Shown in pieces: positions 1-10,924 of a stretch of 64,000 bases of DNA. The notes under the pieces are model-generated. The model had not been told where the DNA came from and ran no database searches. It saw only the letters and a list, made by a program, of their open reading frames with translations. The translations under genes and the position numbers were made by a program. Positions within the stretch are counted from its first letter, which is position 1, and every line of letters starts with the position of its first letter. Origin of the DNA: Actinomycetota bacterium (GTDB lineage Bacteria > Actinomycetota > Actinomycetes > Nanopelagicales > Nanopelagicaceae); NCBI GenBank assembly GCA_016870895.1, contig VGAA01000001.1:13157-77156 (forward strand), read 5' to 3'.

Positions 1-1
1 G

Positions 2-1768
2 TCAACACAATTAGCCGGACTTCCTTTTTCAGGACCAATTGGTGGCGTTCGCGTTGCATTAATTGAAGGTCAATGGGTTGCTTTCCCAAATCATAGCGAT
101 TTAGAGAAAGCAGTTTTCGATATGGTAGTCGCTGGTCGCATCTCAGATAATGATGTTGCAATTTTGATGGTTGAAGCTGAAGCCACAAATAAGACTATCG
201 AGTTAATTAAAGGTGGCGCAACTGTGCCAACTGAGGAAATTGTCGGTCAAGGACTTGAAGCAGCAAAGCCATTTATTAAGATTCTTTGCGAAGCGCAAAT
301 TAAATTGGCAAAGCAAGCTGCCAAGCCAATAGGTGAATTTCCAGTATTTCTTGATTATCAAGATGATATTTATTCAGTTGTTGAAAAGGCTGCAAAAGAT
401 GACCTAGCTAAGGCTTTAACAATCGCTGGTAAGCAGGAGCGCGAGACTAAATTAGATGAGATTAATAGCGCTGTTACAGAAAAACTAACTGTTGATTTTC
501 CAGAAAGAGTTAAGGAAATATCTGCCGCACTTCGCTCAGTTACCAAGAAATTAGTAAGACAAAGAGTATTACGAGAGAAGATTCGTATCGATGGCCGTGG
601 CCTGCGAGACATTCGTGCGCTTACAGCTGAAGTTGAGGTAATTCCTCGAGTTCACGGATCTGCAATATTTGAAAGAGGTGAAACTCAAATTTTGGGAATC
701 ACAACTTTGAATATGTTAAAGATGGAGCAACAGTTAGATACGCTCTCACCTGAAGATCACAAGCGATATATGCATAATTACAATTTCCCACCATATTCAG
801 TTGGGGAAACAGGAAGAGTTGGCTCACCAAAGCGTCGTGAAATTGGCCATGGCGCTCTTGCAGAGCGTGCGCTAGTTCCAGTTTTACCGACACGCGAAGA
901 GTTTCCATATGCAATCCGCCAAGTTTCTGAGGCATTAGGTTCAAATGGATCAACTTCAATGGGTTCAGTTTGTGCTTCAACAATGTCACTGCTTAACGCT
1001 GGTGTTCCACTTAAAGCTCCAGTCGCAGGAATTGCAATGGGTCTTATCTCAGATGAGGTAGATGGAAAAACTGAGTATGTAGCACTAACTGACATTTTGG
1101 GTGCAGAAGATGCATTTGGGGATATGGATTTCAAAGTCGCAGGAACTAAAGAGTTTGTGACTGCACTTCAACTTGATACCAAGTTAGATGGAATTCCGGC
1201 ATCAGTACTAGCTGCCGCTCTTCTACAAGCAAAAGAAGCGCGCCTAGCAATTTTAGATGTAATGAATCAAGCAATTTCAGTTCCAGATGAGATGTCATTA
1301 CTTGCTCCAAGAATTATTTCAATAAAGGTGCCAGTCGACATGATTGGTGCCGTTATTGGTCCTAAAGGCAAAATGATTAATCAAATTCAGGATGAGACTG
1401 GCGCTGATATCACGATTGAAGATGATGGAACTATTTATATCGGTGCAACCGAAGGTTCTGCTGCTGAAGCTGCAAAGTCACAAATAAATGCAATTGCTAA
1501 TCCAGTTCAATTAGCTGTTGGTGATAAGTTCAATGGTTCGGTAGTTAAGTTAGCTACTTTTGGTGCCTTCGTTAATCTTGCTCCAGGTAAAGATGGCTTG
1601 CTACATATCTCGCAAATTCGCAAGATGCATGGTGGAAAGCGAATTGAAAACCTTGAAGAAGTAATGAAGGTTGGCGAGAAGATTGAAGTTGTAATTAATG
1701 AGATAGATCCCAAGGGAAAATACTCATTAGTTCCGGCAAATCTTCCAGAAGAAGCTAAGTCAGAGTAA
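2..1768 (+). CDS. pnp: Polyribonucleotide nucleotidyltransferase (PNPase), 5' end outside the window
   Basis: Frame is open from base 2 ([18 protein letters not shown]) into the 548 aa ORF; RNase PH motifs [27 protein letters not shown]; C-terminal KH (IGPKGK) and S1 domains. Confidence 0.98.
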   Translation, partial: STQLAGLPFSGPIGGVRVALIEGQWVAFPNHSDLEKAVFDMVVAGRISDNDVAILMVEAEATNKTIELIKGGATVPTEEIVGQGLEAAKPFIKILCEAQIKLAKQAAKPIGEFPVFLDYQDDIYSVVEKAAKDDLAKALTIAGKQERETKLDEINSAVTEKLTVDFPERVKEISAALRSVTKKLVRQRVLREKIRIDGRGLRDIRALTAEVEVIPRVHGSAIFERGETQILGITTLNMLKMEQQLDTLSPEDHKRYMHNYNFPPYSVGETGRVGSPKRREIGHGALAERALVPVLPTREEFPYAIRQVSEALGSNGSTSMGSVCASTMSLLNAGVPLKAPVAGIAMGLISDEVDGKTEYVALTDILGAEDAFGDMDFKVAGTKEFVTALQLDTKLDGIPASVLAAALLQAKEARLAILDVMNQAISVPDEMSLLAPRIISIKVPVDMIGAVIGPKGKMINQIQDETGADITIEDDGTIYIGATEGSAAEAAKSQINAIANPVQLAVGDKFNGSVVKLATFGAFVNLAPGKDGLLHISQIRKMHGGKRIENLEEVMKVGEKIEVVINEIDPKGKYSLVPANLPEEAKSE

Positions 1769-1769
1769 T

Positions 1770-3041
1770 TTGGCTAGAACAGTCTTGCCAAGTGGCTTAC
1801 GAATAGTCACTGAGGAAGAAAAATCTGTTCGTTCAGCAGCTTTTGGTATTTGGGTCAATGTTGGCTCCCGTGATGAATCAAATTCAACCGCGGGAGCTTC
1901 ACACTTTCTAGAGCATTTATTGTTTAAAGGAACCAAAAAGAGAACTTCACTAGAAATCTCATCATCAATTGAAGCAGTTGGTGGAGAGACTAATGCATTT
2001 ACTTCTAAAGAGTACACCTGCTTTTATGCTCGTGTAATTGATAAGCATCTACCACTAGCAGTTGATGTAATAAGCGACTTAATTACCTCATCCGTGGTTA
2101 AAAAAGGGGATGTAGATGCAGAGCGTAAAGTTGTGTTAGAAGAAATTGCTATGCGCGATGATGATCCAAGCGATTTAATCCATGATTTATTTCTTGAAAA
2201 ATACTATGGAGATACACCACTTGGGCGACCAATTCTCGGGACTGTACAGTCTATAAAAGGTATGAGTAGGGATACTGTTTTTAACTATTATAAAAGTAGA
2301 TATAAACCAGAAGACTTAGTTGTCGCAGTTGCTGGGAATATTAAACATAAAAAAGTAGTAGGCATGATTGAAAATGCTTTAAGTAGGGATGGATTTTTAG
2401 ATCAACCGAAAACTGATTATAAAGTGAGAAATACAGCCAATGTTAAGGTTTTAGGAAAAGGTAAAGTTACCTTGTTAAACAAAAAGACCGAACAAGCTCA
2501 CATTATTTATGGTGTTCCGGGTGTTGCAAGAGATGATAAGTCAAGATTTGCATTAAGCATTTTATCCTCAGCAATCGGAGGAGGAATGTCATCAAGATTA
2601 TTCCAAGAAATTCGAGAAAAGCGCGGGTTAGCATATTCAACCTACTCATACAGTCAACAATTTGCCGGAAGTGGCGTTCTCTCTTTTTATGTTGGTTGTA
2701 AACCAATTAAGGCTGAAGAATCAGTAAAGGTAATTCAATCAATACTTTTTGATATTACCGAGAATGGTTTAACGCTGGAAGAGATAAATAGGGCAAAGGG
2801 ATCAGTCTCAGGAGCCTTGGTGCTAAGTCAGGAAGACTCTGGCTCCCGCATGACTAGAATTGGCAAAAGTGAACTGGTGTATGGTCAAGTTTTAAGTTTT
2901 GATGAGATTTTAAGTGAAATTGCAAACGTAACACCTGAACAAATCAGGGAAATTGCCCGCAAAACCCTACCTACATCTCCTACGCTTGCGGTAGTGGGAC
3001 CATTCACCTCTAGAAGTAAATTTGAAAGGTTAATAAAATGA
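1770..3041 (+). CDS. M16 (pitrilysin) family zinc peptidase, PepR-like
   Basis: HFLEH inverted zinc motif, RLFQEIREKRGLAY; usual position after pnp. Confidence 0.93.
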   Translation: MARTVLPSGLRIVTEEEKSVRSAAFGIWVNVGSRDESNSTAGASHFLEHLLFKGTKKRTSLEISSSIEAVGGETNAFTSKEYTCFYARVIDKHLPLAVDVISDLITSSVVKKGDVDAERKVVLEEIAMRDDDPSDLIHDLFLEKYYGDTPLGRPILGTVQSIKGMSRDTVFNYYKSRYKPEDLVVAVAGNIKHKKVVGMIENALSRDGFLDQPKTDYKVRNTANVKVLGKGKVTLLNKKTEQAHIIYGVPGVARDDKSRFALSILSSAIGGGMSSRLFQEIREKRGLAYSTYSYSQQFAGSGVLSFYVGCKPIKAEESVKVIQSILFDITENGLTLEEINRAKGSVSGALVLSQEDSGSRMTRIGKSELVYGQVLSFDEILSEIANVTPEQIREIARKTLPTSPTLAVVGPFTSRSKFERLIK

Positions 3042-3784
3042 AAGTTGCAGTGCTTGGTGCCAAAGGCAGAATGGGCACAGAGGCGGTCGCAGCTATTAAT
3101 GCTGCCAGCGATTTAACTTTAAGTGCTGCCTTAGATCTTGGTGATTCCTTGGACCAATTGACCAAAACTAGTAGTAAAGTTGTCGTTGACTTCACTACCC
3201 CTGAATCAGTCATGAAAAATTTAGAGTTTGCAATTACAAATAATATTCATGTAGTTGTTGGCACTACAGGTTTTGATGAGGTTAGATTAAATCAGCTAAG
3301 AGCACTGCTAAAAAAGCATCCGCAAGTTGGTGCTTTAATTGCACCAAATTTTGGGCTGGGCGCTGTTCTAATGATGCAATTTGCCAAAACTGCTGCTAAA
3401 TATTTTGAAAGTGCAGAAATTGTTGAAATGCACCATGCACATAAAGTGGATGCACCTTCAGGTACCGCAATAAGGACTGCTGAATTAATCTCAACTTCGC
3501 GTAAAGAAAATAGTAAAAAGCCGATGCCAGATGCAACGAAGAGCTCACTTGCTGGTGCCAGGGGCGCGAAAGTGGGCGATGTGCCTGTACATTCAATTAG
3601 AGCCCACGGATATGTTGCACATCAAGAGGTAGTTTTTTCTGATTTAGGTGAGACTTTGACTATTAGACATGATTCGATAAATAGAGCTGGCTTTATGCCC
3701 GGGGTTCTAATTGGTATAAGAAATGTTGCCAAGTATCCTGGCTTAACAGTAGGGTTAGAAAACTATATGGAGGCAATAAAATGA
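3038..3784 (+). CDS. dapB: 4-hydroxy-tetrahydrodipicolinate reductase
   Basis: GAKGRMG, VVGTTG, EMHHAHKVDAPSGTA. Confidence 0.97.
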   Translation: MKVAVLGAKGRMGTEAVAAINAASDLTLSAALDLGDSLDQLTKTSSKVVVDFTTPESVMKNLEFAITNNIHVVVGTTGFDEVRLNQLRALLKKHPQVGALIAPNFGLGAVLMMQFAKTAAKYFESAEIVEMHHAHKVDAPSGTAIRTAELISTSRKENSKKPMPDATKSSLAGARGAKVGDVPVHSIRAHGYVAHQEVVFSDLGETLTIRHDSINRAGFMPGVLIGIRNVAKYPGLTVGLENYMEAIK

Positions 3785-4032
3785 GTGAAATAACCATGTA
3801 TGGTGCTGAATGGTGTAAGGATTGTCGCAGGTCAAAGAAATTTTTAGATTCGAACAATATTCAATATAACTATATCGATGTTGAAGCGGATGCAAGTGCT
3901 TCTGAAAAAGTCATCGAAATCAATGGTGGAATGCGATCAATTCCAGTTATTTTGTTTTCAGACGGAACTCATCTAACTGAACCTTCAGATGATGCCTTGA
4001 AAGAAAAACTGCAAGCTTTAAAGGTTATCTAG
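3781..4032 (+). CDS. Glutaredoxin-like/mycoredoxin (NrdH/Mrx1-like) protein
   Basis: 83 aa, WCKDC active site, RSIP cis-Pro, DGTHLTEPS. Confidence 0.85.
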   Translation: MSEITMYGAEWCKDCRRSKKFLDSNNIQYNYIDVEADASASEKVIEINGGMRSIPVILFSDGTHLTEPSDDALKEKLQALKVI

Positions 4033-4337
4033 AGTAAATTGTAAACCGCTGCGGATGAAATTGCTGCAGCTACAACCACTATTGGAAATGATGCTTTTAA
4101 CTTTAAGGCAATAAGTGCAACACCAACACCTACTAAGCGCTGATCAATCACTAATTCCTGTTTATTGGCAAAGGTTTGAACACCAACAAGAGCACTTAAA
4201 AGTACAACTGGAACTAAGGTATTTATACTTTTAATTCTTGGTCTATCTAGCCATTTTTCTGGGACGCTGTGGCCGATATATTTGTTTAAAAAAGCTGTAA
4301 TACTTGAACCAATAACTGCTATCCAAATAGAGCTCAT
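4029..4337 (-). CDS. azlD: AzlD-family branched-chain amino acid exporter, small subunit
   Basis: Hydrophobic ~102 aa protein; ATG 4337 overlaps the azlC stop (ATGA). Confidence 0.8.
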   Translation of the reverse strand: MSSIWIAVIGSSITAFLNKYIGHSVPEKWLDRPRIKSINTLVPVVLLSALVGVQTFANKQELVIDQRLVGVGVALIALKLKASFPIVVVAAAISSAAVYNLL

Positions 4338-4996
4338 TTTTTCCATCCAAAAACGATAGCTAGAATTACAGTAGTGATGATTGGAATACCTGCTGGAGTT
4401 ATAGGCGTTAATAAAAGCGCTAATCCGATCGCAGAAGCGGATATTAAAAACAACCTTTTATCTTTAAGTCTTGGCCAAACAAGTCCACAAAAAGCAGCAG
4501 GCACCGCTGCGTCTAAACCCCATACAGATGGGTCACCAATTGCACTGGCCCCTAGAGCACCAAGTAATGTGAACAAGTTCCAAAAAATATAAACTCCAAA
4601 ACCAGTTAAATAAAAAGCTCGCTTTCGATCTGAATCATTTGATTGCAGAGTTGATACGGCTGTTGATTCATCAATTGTAATTTGAGAGGCAATGATTCTT
4701 TTAATTCCTGTCACTTTTAAAATAGGGGCAAGTTGTAAACCATATAATGCATTTCTAAATCCCAGTAAGGTTGCAGTTGCAATTGCACTTAGTGCAGAAC
4801 CGCCAGCACCCATAATTCCAACTACAGCAAATTGTGATGCTCCAGAAAAAAGCAGCAAGGATAAGAGACAGGTTTGCAAAACAGAAAAACCAGCTGTTAC
4901 GCCAGCCGCGCCAAAGGCTGCACCATATAGTCCTACGGTAAAAGCAACGCTTAGGGATGTTCGCTCAACGGCATCATTTTTGGGTTTAATTGACAC
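4334..4996 (-). CDS. azlC: AzlC-family branched-chain amino acid exporter
   Basis: LLFSGASQF, RNALYG, IDESTAV, GLDAAVPAAF motifs. Confidence 0.9.
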   Translation of the reverse strand: MSIKPKNDAVERTSLSVAFTVGLYGAAFGAAGVTAGFSVLQTCLLSLLLFSGASQFAVVGIMGAGGSALSAIATATLLGFRNALYGLQLAPILKVTGIKRIIASQITIDESTAVSTLQSNDSDRKRAFYLTGFGVYIFWNLFTLLGALGASAIGDPSVWGLDAAVPAAFCGLVWPRLKDKRLFLISASAIGLALLLTPITPAGIPIITTVILAIVFGWKK

Positions 4997-5048
4997 GCCG
5001 ACACTTTAATCCAGCCAATCATCAATCACCAAAGATAGGGTCGCGCAC

Positions 5049-5768
5049 ATGAGCGATGAGATAGTTTTTCGGGATGATATGTCGGTAGAGCTAGTTAAAT
5101 CTAGTGCTAGCGATGCCGATGTAATTTGGGCAGCCAGGGTATCAACTGCTGGTGATAAGTCTCTTGACGATGTAGGCGCTGATGCTGCCAAATCTGAAGG
5201 TTTAATTAATTATTTAGCACGTGAGCGTCACGGCTCACCATTTGAACATACCTCAATGACTTTTTTCATATCAGCACCAATATTTGTATTTAGAGAGTTT
5301 ATGCGACACAGAATCGCTTCCTACAATGAAGAGAGTGGTAGATATCGAGAGTTAAAACCTGTTTTCTATATTCCAAGCAAAGAGCGAAAGCTTGTGCAGA
5401 TAGGAAAAGCCGGCGCCTATACATTTGTTGATGGTACAGAAGAACAATTCAAAGTAACGGTGGATGCGATTAAGGAAACTTGCAAACTTGCATATGCAAA
5501 TTATCAAAAAATGTTGAGCGCAGGGGTAGCCCGTGAAGTGGCTCGAGCGGTATTACCGGTAACGCTTTACTCATCAATGTATGTAACCATGAATGCACGA
5601 GCGCTTATGAATTTTTTATCACTAAGAACCGCTAGAGATGGTTCACATTTTCCATCCTATCCTCAACGTGAGATTGAGATGGTTGCTGAGAAAATGGAAG
5701 CAGAGTTCGCTAAATTAATGCCTATTACATATGGAGCATTTCAAAAATCTGGTCGCATTGCACCTTAG
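5049..5768 (+). CDS. thyX: FAD-dependent thymidylate synthase
   Basis: HGSPFEH, RHRIASYNEESGRY, AREVAR. Confidence 0.97.
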   Translation: MSDEIVFRDDMSVELVKSSASDADVIWAARVSTAGDKSLDDVGADAAKSEGLINYLARERHGSPFEHTSMTFFISAPIFVFREFMRHRIASYNEESGRYRELKPVFYIPSKERKLVQIGKAGAYTFVDGTEEQFKVTVDAIKETCKLAYANYQKMLSAGVAREVARAVLPVTLYSSMYVTMNARALMNFLSLRTARDGSHFPSYPQREIEMVAEKMEAEFAKLMPITYGAFQKSGRIAP

Positions 5769-5788
5769 ATAGGCGGTAGCCTTAGACC

Positions 5789-6679
5789 ATGCAAATCTCG
5801 CCACCATTTGGCCGGCTAATTACCGCGATGGTTACACCATTTTCTAAAAGTGGTGAAATTGATTGGGCTGGATTAGAAAAAATCGCCGCTCACCTAATTT
5901 CTTTAGGACATGATGGAATTGCTGTAAATGGCACAACAGGTGAAGCTCCAACCACATCAGATGAAGAAAAAGATCAAATTATTAAAACAGTTCGCAAGGT
6001 AGTTGGCGATAAAATTAAAATTATTGCAGGAGCAGGTAACAATGAGACGTCTCACTCTGTTGAGCAGGCACAATGTGCAGCTAAAGCGGGGGCAGATGGT
6101 TTATTAGTTGTAACTCCGTACTACAACAAACCACCACAAGCTGGAATTGAAGCGCATTTCAAAGCAATGGCTAATGCCACTGATTTACCAGTGATGATGT
6201 ATGACATTCCGGGACGAACCGGAATAGAAATAGAATCAGATACGATTGTTCGATTAGCTGAACATAGAAATATTGCTGCACTTAAAGATGCTAAAGGAAA
6301 TCCAGCTGCAACCTCATGGGTAATTAAAAGATGTGGCATTCCAGTTTACTCTGGTGATGATATTTTGAATCTACCGCTACTTTCAGTTGGAGCAGTTGGT
6401 TTTGTATCAGTTTGCGGTCACACAGTTGGAGCTGAGTTGAAGGCCATGCTAGATGCGTGGTTTTCTGGTAATTCAAATCGCTCTCTTGAAATTCACCAAC
6501 AATTGTTACCAGTTTTTACCGGAACATTTAGGACTCAAGGAGCAATTTTGACTAAAGCTGCTTTGAATCTAATGGGGCTACCTGGAGGTTTTACAAGATT
6601 GCCGCTTGTGGATGCAACTGAAGCGCAGATTGCGCAGCTCAAAGTTGATCTTTTGGCTGGTGGCGTTAAATTAAAGTAA
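5789..6679 (+). CDS. dapA: 4-hydroxy-tetrahydrodipicolinate synthase
   Basis: GTTGE, VTPYYNKP, YDIPGRTG, KDA. Confidence 0.97.
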   Translation: MQISPPFGRLITAMVTPFSKSGEIDWAGLEKIAAHLISLGHDGIAVNGTTGEAPTTSDEEKDQIIKTVRKVVGDKIKIIAGAGNNETSHSVEQAQCAAKAGADGLLVVTPYYNKPPQAGIEAHFKAMANATDLPVMMYDIPGRTGIEIESDTIVRLAEHRNIAALKDAKGNPAATSWVIKRCGIPVYSGDDILNLPLLSVGAVGFVSVCGHTVGAELKAMLDAWFSGNSNRSLEIHQQLLPVFTGTFRTQGAILTKAALNLMGLPGGFTRLPLVDATEAQIAQLKVDLLAGGVKLK

Positions 6680-6683
6680 CTAA

Positions 6684-8366
6684 ATGAATCATCCACATCC
6701 AGGATTACCTTACCCATCTAAGTTAGCTAAAAAAACCCTTCGCATAGTTGCTTTAGGCGGACTTGGTGAAATCGGTCGAAATATGACCGTATTTGAGTAT
6801 GAAGGTAGATTGCTAATTGTTGATTGCGGAGTTTTATTTCCAGGCGATGATCAACCAGGAATCGATTTAATTCTGCCAGATTTCTCTTATATTAAAGATC
6901 GAATGAATGATATTGAAGCAATATTTCTGACGCACGGACATGAAGATCACATTGGCGCACTTCCATATCTATTAAGAGAGCGAAGTGACATTAGAATTAT
7001 TGGATCACAATTAACACTTGCCTTTGTGGCGCCAAAATTAAAAGAGCGACGTATTACATCTCCAATGACCCAAGTAAAAGCCGGTCAAGTAGAAAAAGTT
7101 GGCTCCTTTACCCTTGAGTTCATCACAGTTAATCACTCAATACCCGATTCACTTGCTGTAGCGATCAAAACGCCAGCTGGCGTAATTTTGCATACTGGTG
7201 ACTTTAAGATGGATAAGATGCCGTTAGATGGAAAAGTGACTGATCTTGAGACTTTTTCTCGTTTAGGTAAAGAGGGTGTTGACTTATTTCTAGTTGATTC
7301 GACTAATGCTGATGTCCCTGGTTTAACTGTAGCCGAAAAGGATATTTATCCTGCCTTAATTGAAGCTATCCAGAAGACCCCAAGAAGAGTGGTAGTTACA
7401 TCATTTGCTTCACACGTCCATCGAATCCAGCAGGTTTTAAATGCCGCGTCAGAATCAAACCGTAAAGTCGCATATGTTGGCAGATCGATGGTTAGAAATA
7501 TGAAATTAGCTGAAGATTTAGGCTACTTGAAAGTACCAAATGGATTAATTGTTGATTATAAAGATATTGATTCTTTCGGTGACAAAATAGTATTAGTTTG
7601 CACTGGATCTCAAGGGGAGCCCTTGGCTGCATTATCTAGAATTGCAAATGGTGATCATGAGATTAGAGTCGGTAAAGGAGATACAGTAGTTCTTGCATCC
7701 TCTTTGATTCCAGGAAATGAAAAATCTGTTTACCGAGTAATAAATGAGCTAACTAGATTTGGTGCTCACGTTGTACATAAAGGTAATGCCATGGTTCATG
7801 TGTCAGGCCATGCCTCAGCAGGAGAATTACTGCACTGCTATGAAATTGTTAAACCAAAAAATGTGTTACCGGTACATGGAGAATGGCGCCATATGCGAGC
7901 AAATGCAGATTTAGCAATGCAGTCAGGATTGTCTGAACATAATATTGTCATTGCCGAAAACGGAATCACAATTGATGTAGCGAATGGTCATGCTGATATA
8001 TCTGGATCTATTCCATGTGGTTATGTGTATGTTGATGGTCAAAGTGTTGGTGAAATTACAGAGAGCTCACTTAAGGATAGAAAAATATTGGGAGATGAAG
8101 GGTTTATTTCGGTGGTAGTAGTAATAGATTCACAGAGCGGAAAAATTGTTGCCGGTCCTGATATTCATGCCAGAGGGTTTACAGAAGATAAAAGTTTATT
8201 TGATGATGTTAAAGGCGACATCGAAAAGGCGTTAGCGAAAGCAGTTGCTGGTGGATTTAATGGCACCCATCAGCTATCTCAAGTAGTTCGTAAGACTATA
8301 GGAAGTTGGGTCGGGGAGGAGCATCGCCGCAAGCCAATGATAATCCCGCTAGTAGTAGAGGTTTAA
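6684..8366 (+). CDS. rnj: Ribonuclease J
   Basis: GGLGEIGRN, THGHEDHIG, HVSGHA, PVHGE. Confidence 0.97.
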   Translation: MNHPHPGLPYPSKLAKKTLRIVALGGLGEIGRNMTVFEYEGRLLIVDCGVLFPGDDQPGIDLILPDFSYIKDRMNDIEAIFLTHGHEDHIGALPYLLRERSDIRIIGSQLTLAFVAPKLKERRITSPMTQVKAGQVEKVGSFTLEFITVNHSIPDSLAVAIKTPAGVILHTGDFKMDKMPLDGKVTDLETFSRLGKEGVDLFLVDSTNADVPGLTVAEKDIYPALIEAIQKTPRRVVVTSFASHVHRIQQVLNAASESNRKVAYVGRSMVRNMKLAEDLGYLKVPNGLIVDYKDIDSFGDKIVLVCTGSQGEPLAALSRIANGDHEIRVGKGDTVVLASSLIPGNEKSVYRVINELTRFGAHVVHKGNAMVHVSGHASAGELLHCYEIVKPKNVLPVHGEWRHMRANADLAMQSGLSEHNIVIAENGITIDVANGHADISGSIPCGYVYVDGQSVGEITESSLKDRKILGDEGFISVVVVIDSQSGKIVAGPDIHARGFTEDKSLFDDVKGDIEKALAKAVAGGFNGTHQLSQVVRKTIGSWVGEEHRRKPMIIPLVVEV

Positions 8367-8447
8367 TTAAGAGTTTGATTAGTTTTTAGACCAAAGTGCG
8401 CGCCAATTAGGGCAAGTAATAAACTTATTCTTTACGCTTATCTTCTT

Positions 8448-10778
8448 ATGGCAAACAAAAAAAATAAGGCAAAAAAAATTCAAATTTTTGCTCTGGTAAT
8501 TAGAGGTCTTGGCTCTAGTTGGCGACTTTTTTCAAAAATCTTGGGCAGTGCAGTTCGCTTTATTTTTCGCTCCTCCAAGGAGCTAGATCCTGCTCACCAA
8601 CGAGATGGAATTGCCTTTTTTATCTTTATTTTGGCCTTGGTATTTTCAGCAGGAATTTGGTTTGAATTAGATAATTTCTTAGGTAAATCCACATACGCTT
8701 TTTTATTTGGTGCAGTTGGGCAACTTGCCTATTTACTTCCACTAATATTTGTTTATTTTGCTTATCGTATCTTTAAGTCTCCTGATGAATCAGCAGACAC
8801 TGGCAGAATAACTATTGGCACGCTACTTCTCCTGATAAGCATTACGGCTTTGATTCATATTATGAATGGTTCTATAGGAACTGGTGCTACCGCTATCCAG
8901 CAAGGTGGTGGTTGGATTGGCTACGGTGTTTCTACCTCATTAATTGCCGCGGTAACGGAAGTTTTAGCCATCCCTATTTTGTTTATTGTTTTACTATTTG
9001 GGTTGTTGATAATAACTAAGACATCATTGTCTAAATTATTTATCCAAATTAAGCGCTTATTTAGCTTTGGCGGTAGGGGAATTAGTAAATTAAGAGATCG
9101 CCGAGCACAGAAACTAGTGGCCGAGGATTTTGAGGTGAGTGAAAGCCCACCTTTTGAGACTCCATTAGTCAAGGATTTAGTCCAGGAATTTGAACCACAG
9201 CAAGAAGAGTTTGAGATCGCGTTGGAAGATTTTGATCAAATAACCCAACCAATTCCAATAATTCAACCAGTCAAGCTTGAAAACAGTAGGCCACAACAAT
9301 TATTACTTTCCTCCGATATTAAGTATGAATTACCACCATTAGATTTGTTAAGGGGTGGGCCGGCGGCTAAAGGAAAATCAAAAGCCAATGACGCAGTTGT
9401 AGCTGCCTTAAAGCAGGTGTTTGAGCAATTTAATGTTGATGCGCAAGTAACTGGTTTTATGCGGGGACCAACTGTAACTAGATATGAGGTTGAATTAGGT
9501 AATGGCGTGAAAGTTGAGGCTATCTCGGCTCTTTCTAAAAATATTGCCTACGCTGTAGCGAGCGGTGAGATAAGAATTCTTTCACCAATTCCTGGTAAAT
9601 CGGCGGTAGGAATAGAAATTCCAAATTCAGATCGAGAAATTGTTGCGCTTGGCGATGTTTTAAGATCTTCAGTTTCTTCGAATGATACCCATCCGATGCT
9701 AATTGCCTTAGGTAAAGATGTTGAAGGCTCATTTTTGTGTGCAAATTTAGCAAGAATGCCACATCTATTAGTAGCAGGTGCAACTGGTGCTGGTAAATCT
9801 TCCATGATTAATTCATTAGTAGTTTCAATTCTTATGCGCGCCACACCTGATGAAGTCCGAATGGTTCTAATCGATCCCAAGCGAGTTGAATTAACAAATT
9901 ATGAAGGTGTTCCACATTTAATTGCACCGATTATTACTAATCCTAAAAAAGCCGCAGATGTTTTGTCCTGGGTAGTTCGTGAGATGGAGTTGAGATACGA
10001 CGATTTATCAGTTTTTGGATTCAGACATATCGATGATTTTAATAAGGCCGTAAAAGCTGGAAAGGTGAATCCACCAGCAGGAAGTTACAGAGTCTTAGAG
10101 CCGTATCCATATTTACTAGTTATTGTTGACGAGCTAGCCGACTTAATGATGGTTGCAGCTCGAGAGGTTGAAGAATCTATTGTTCGGATAACGCAACTGG
10201 CTCGGGCAGCTGGAATTCACCTAGTACTAGCAACTCAACGACCTAGCGTAGATATTGTCACTGGTTTAATTAAGGCCAATGTTCCTTCTCGACTATCTTT
10301 TGCAACCAGTAGTTTGGCTGATTCGAGAGTTATTTTAGATACTCCAGGTGCTGAAAAATTAGTTGGTCAAGGCGATGGATTATTTTTACCAATGGGAGCC
10401 AGTAAGCCGGTTCGTATACAAGGAGCTTATATTTCTGAACGAGAAATTGAAGCGGTAGTCAATCACGTGAAATCACAACTTCAGCCTGTTTATAGAATTG
10501 ATTTAAATACACCGATAGAGTCCAGTGTAACAGCAGATGATGTTGGAGATGATTTAGATTTATTATTGCAAGCAATCCAATTAGTTGTTTCTACACAGTT
10601 TGGTTCTACATCTATGCTGCAACGTAAATTAAGAATTGGTTTTGCAAAGGCAGGAAGGCTCATGGATTTAATGGAGAGCAGAGGAATTGTTGGGCCAAGT
10701 GAAGGGTCAAAAGCAAGAGCGGTATTGATTAACGCAGAGCAAATGCCAGCTGTCTTGGAATCGATCCGAGGTAAATAG
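8448..10778 (+). CDS. ftsK: DNA translocase FtsK
   Basis: N-terminal TM segments, GATGAGKS Walker A, VDELADLM, C-terminal gamma domain STSMLQRKLRIGF. Confidence 0.97.
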   Translation: MANKKNKAKKIQIFALVIRGLGSSWRLFSKILGSAVRFIFRSSKELDPAHQRDGIAFFIFILALVFSAGIWFELDNFLGKSTYAFLFGAVGQLAYLLPLIFVYFAYRIFKSPDESADTGRITIGTLLLLISITALIHIMNGSIGTGATAIQQGGGWIGYGVSTSLIAAVTEVLAIPILFIVLLFGLLIITKTSLSKLFIQIKRLFSFGGRGISKLRDRRAQKLVAEDFEVSESPPFETPLVKDLVQEFEPQQEEFEIALEDFDQITQPIPIIQPVKLENSRPQQLLLSSDIKYELPPLDLLRGGPAAKGKSKANDAVVAALKQVFEQFNVDAQVTGFMRGPTVTRYEVELGNGVKVEAISALSKNIAYAVASGEIRILSPIPGKSAVGIEIPNSDREIVALGDVLRSSVSSNDTHPMLIALGKDVEGSFLCANLARMPHLLVAGATGAGKSSMINSLVVSILMRATPDEVRMVLIDPKRVELTNYEGVPHLIAPIITNPKKAADVLSWVVREMELRYDDLSVFGFRHIDDFNKAVKAGKVNPPAGSYRVLEPYPYLLVIVDELADLMMVAAREVEESIVRITQLARAAGIHLVLATQRPSVDIVTGLIKANVPSRLSFATSSLADSRVILDTPGAEKLVGQGDGLFLPMGASKPVRIQGAYISEREIEAVVNHVKSQLQPVYRIDLNTPIESSVTADDVGDDLDLLLQAIQLVVSTQFGSTSMLQRKLRIGFAKAGRLMDLMESRGIVGPSEGSKARAVLINAEQMPAVLESIRGK

Positions 10779-10924
10779 AACTCAAATATCGGGGTGAAAG
10801 GGTGGGTGAAAACCTAAACCGCTCAGGATTGAGCGCATGGCAACAATTTAGTTGACAAGGTGCATTTACTGAATACCTGTAATCGGTCTACCATTAGGTA
10901 ACCCCAGTAAGTAAGGTATTTGAT

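Noticed and set aside
10790-10812. G-quadruplex in the ftsK-rodZ spacer
   Set aside because: Only three runs of three or more G
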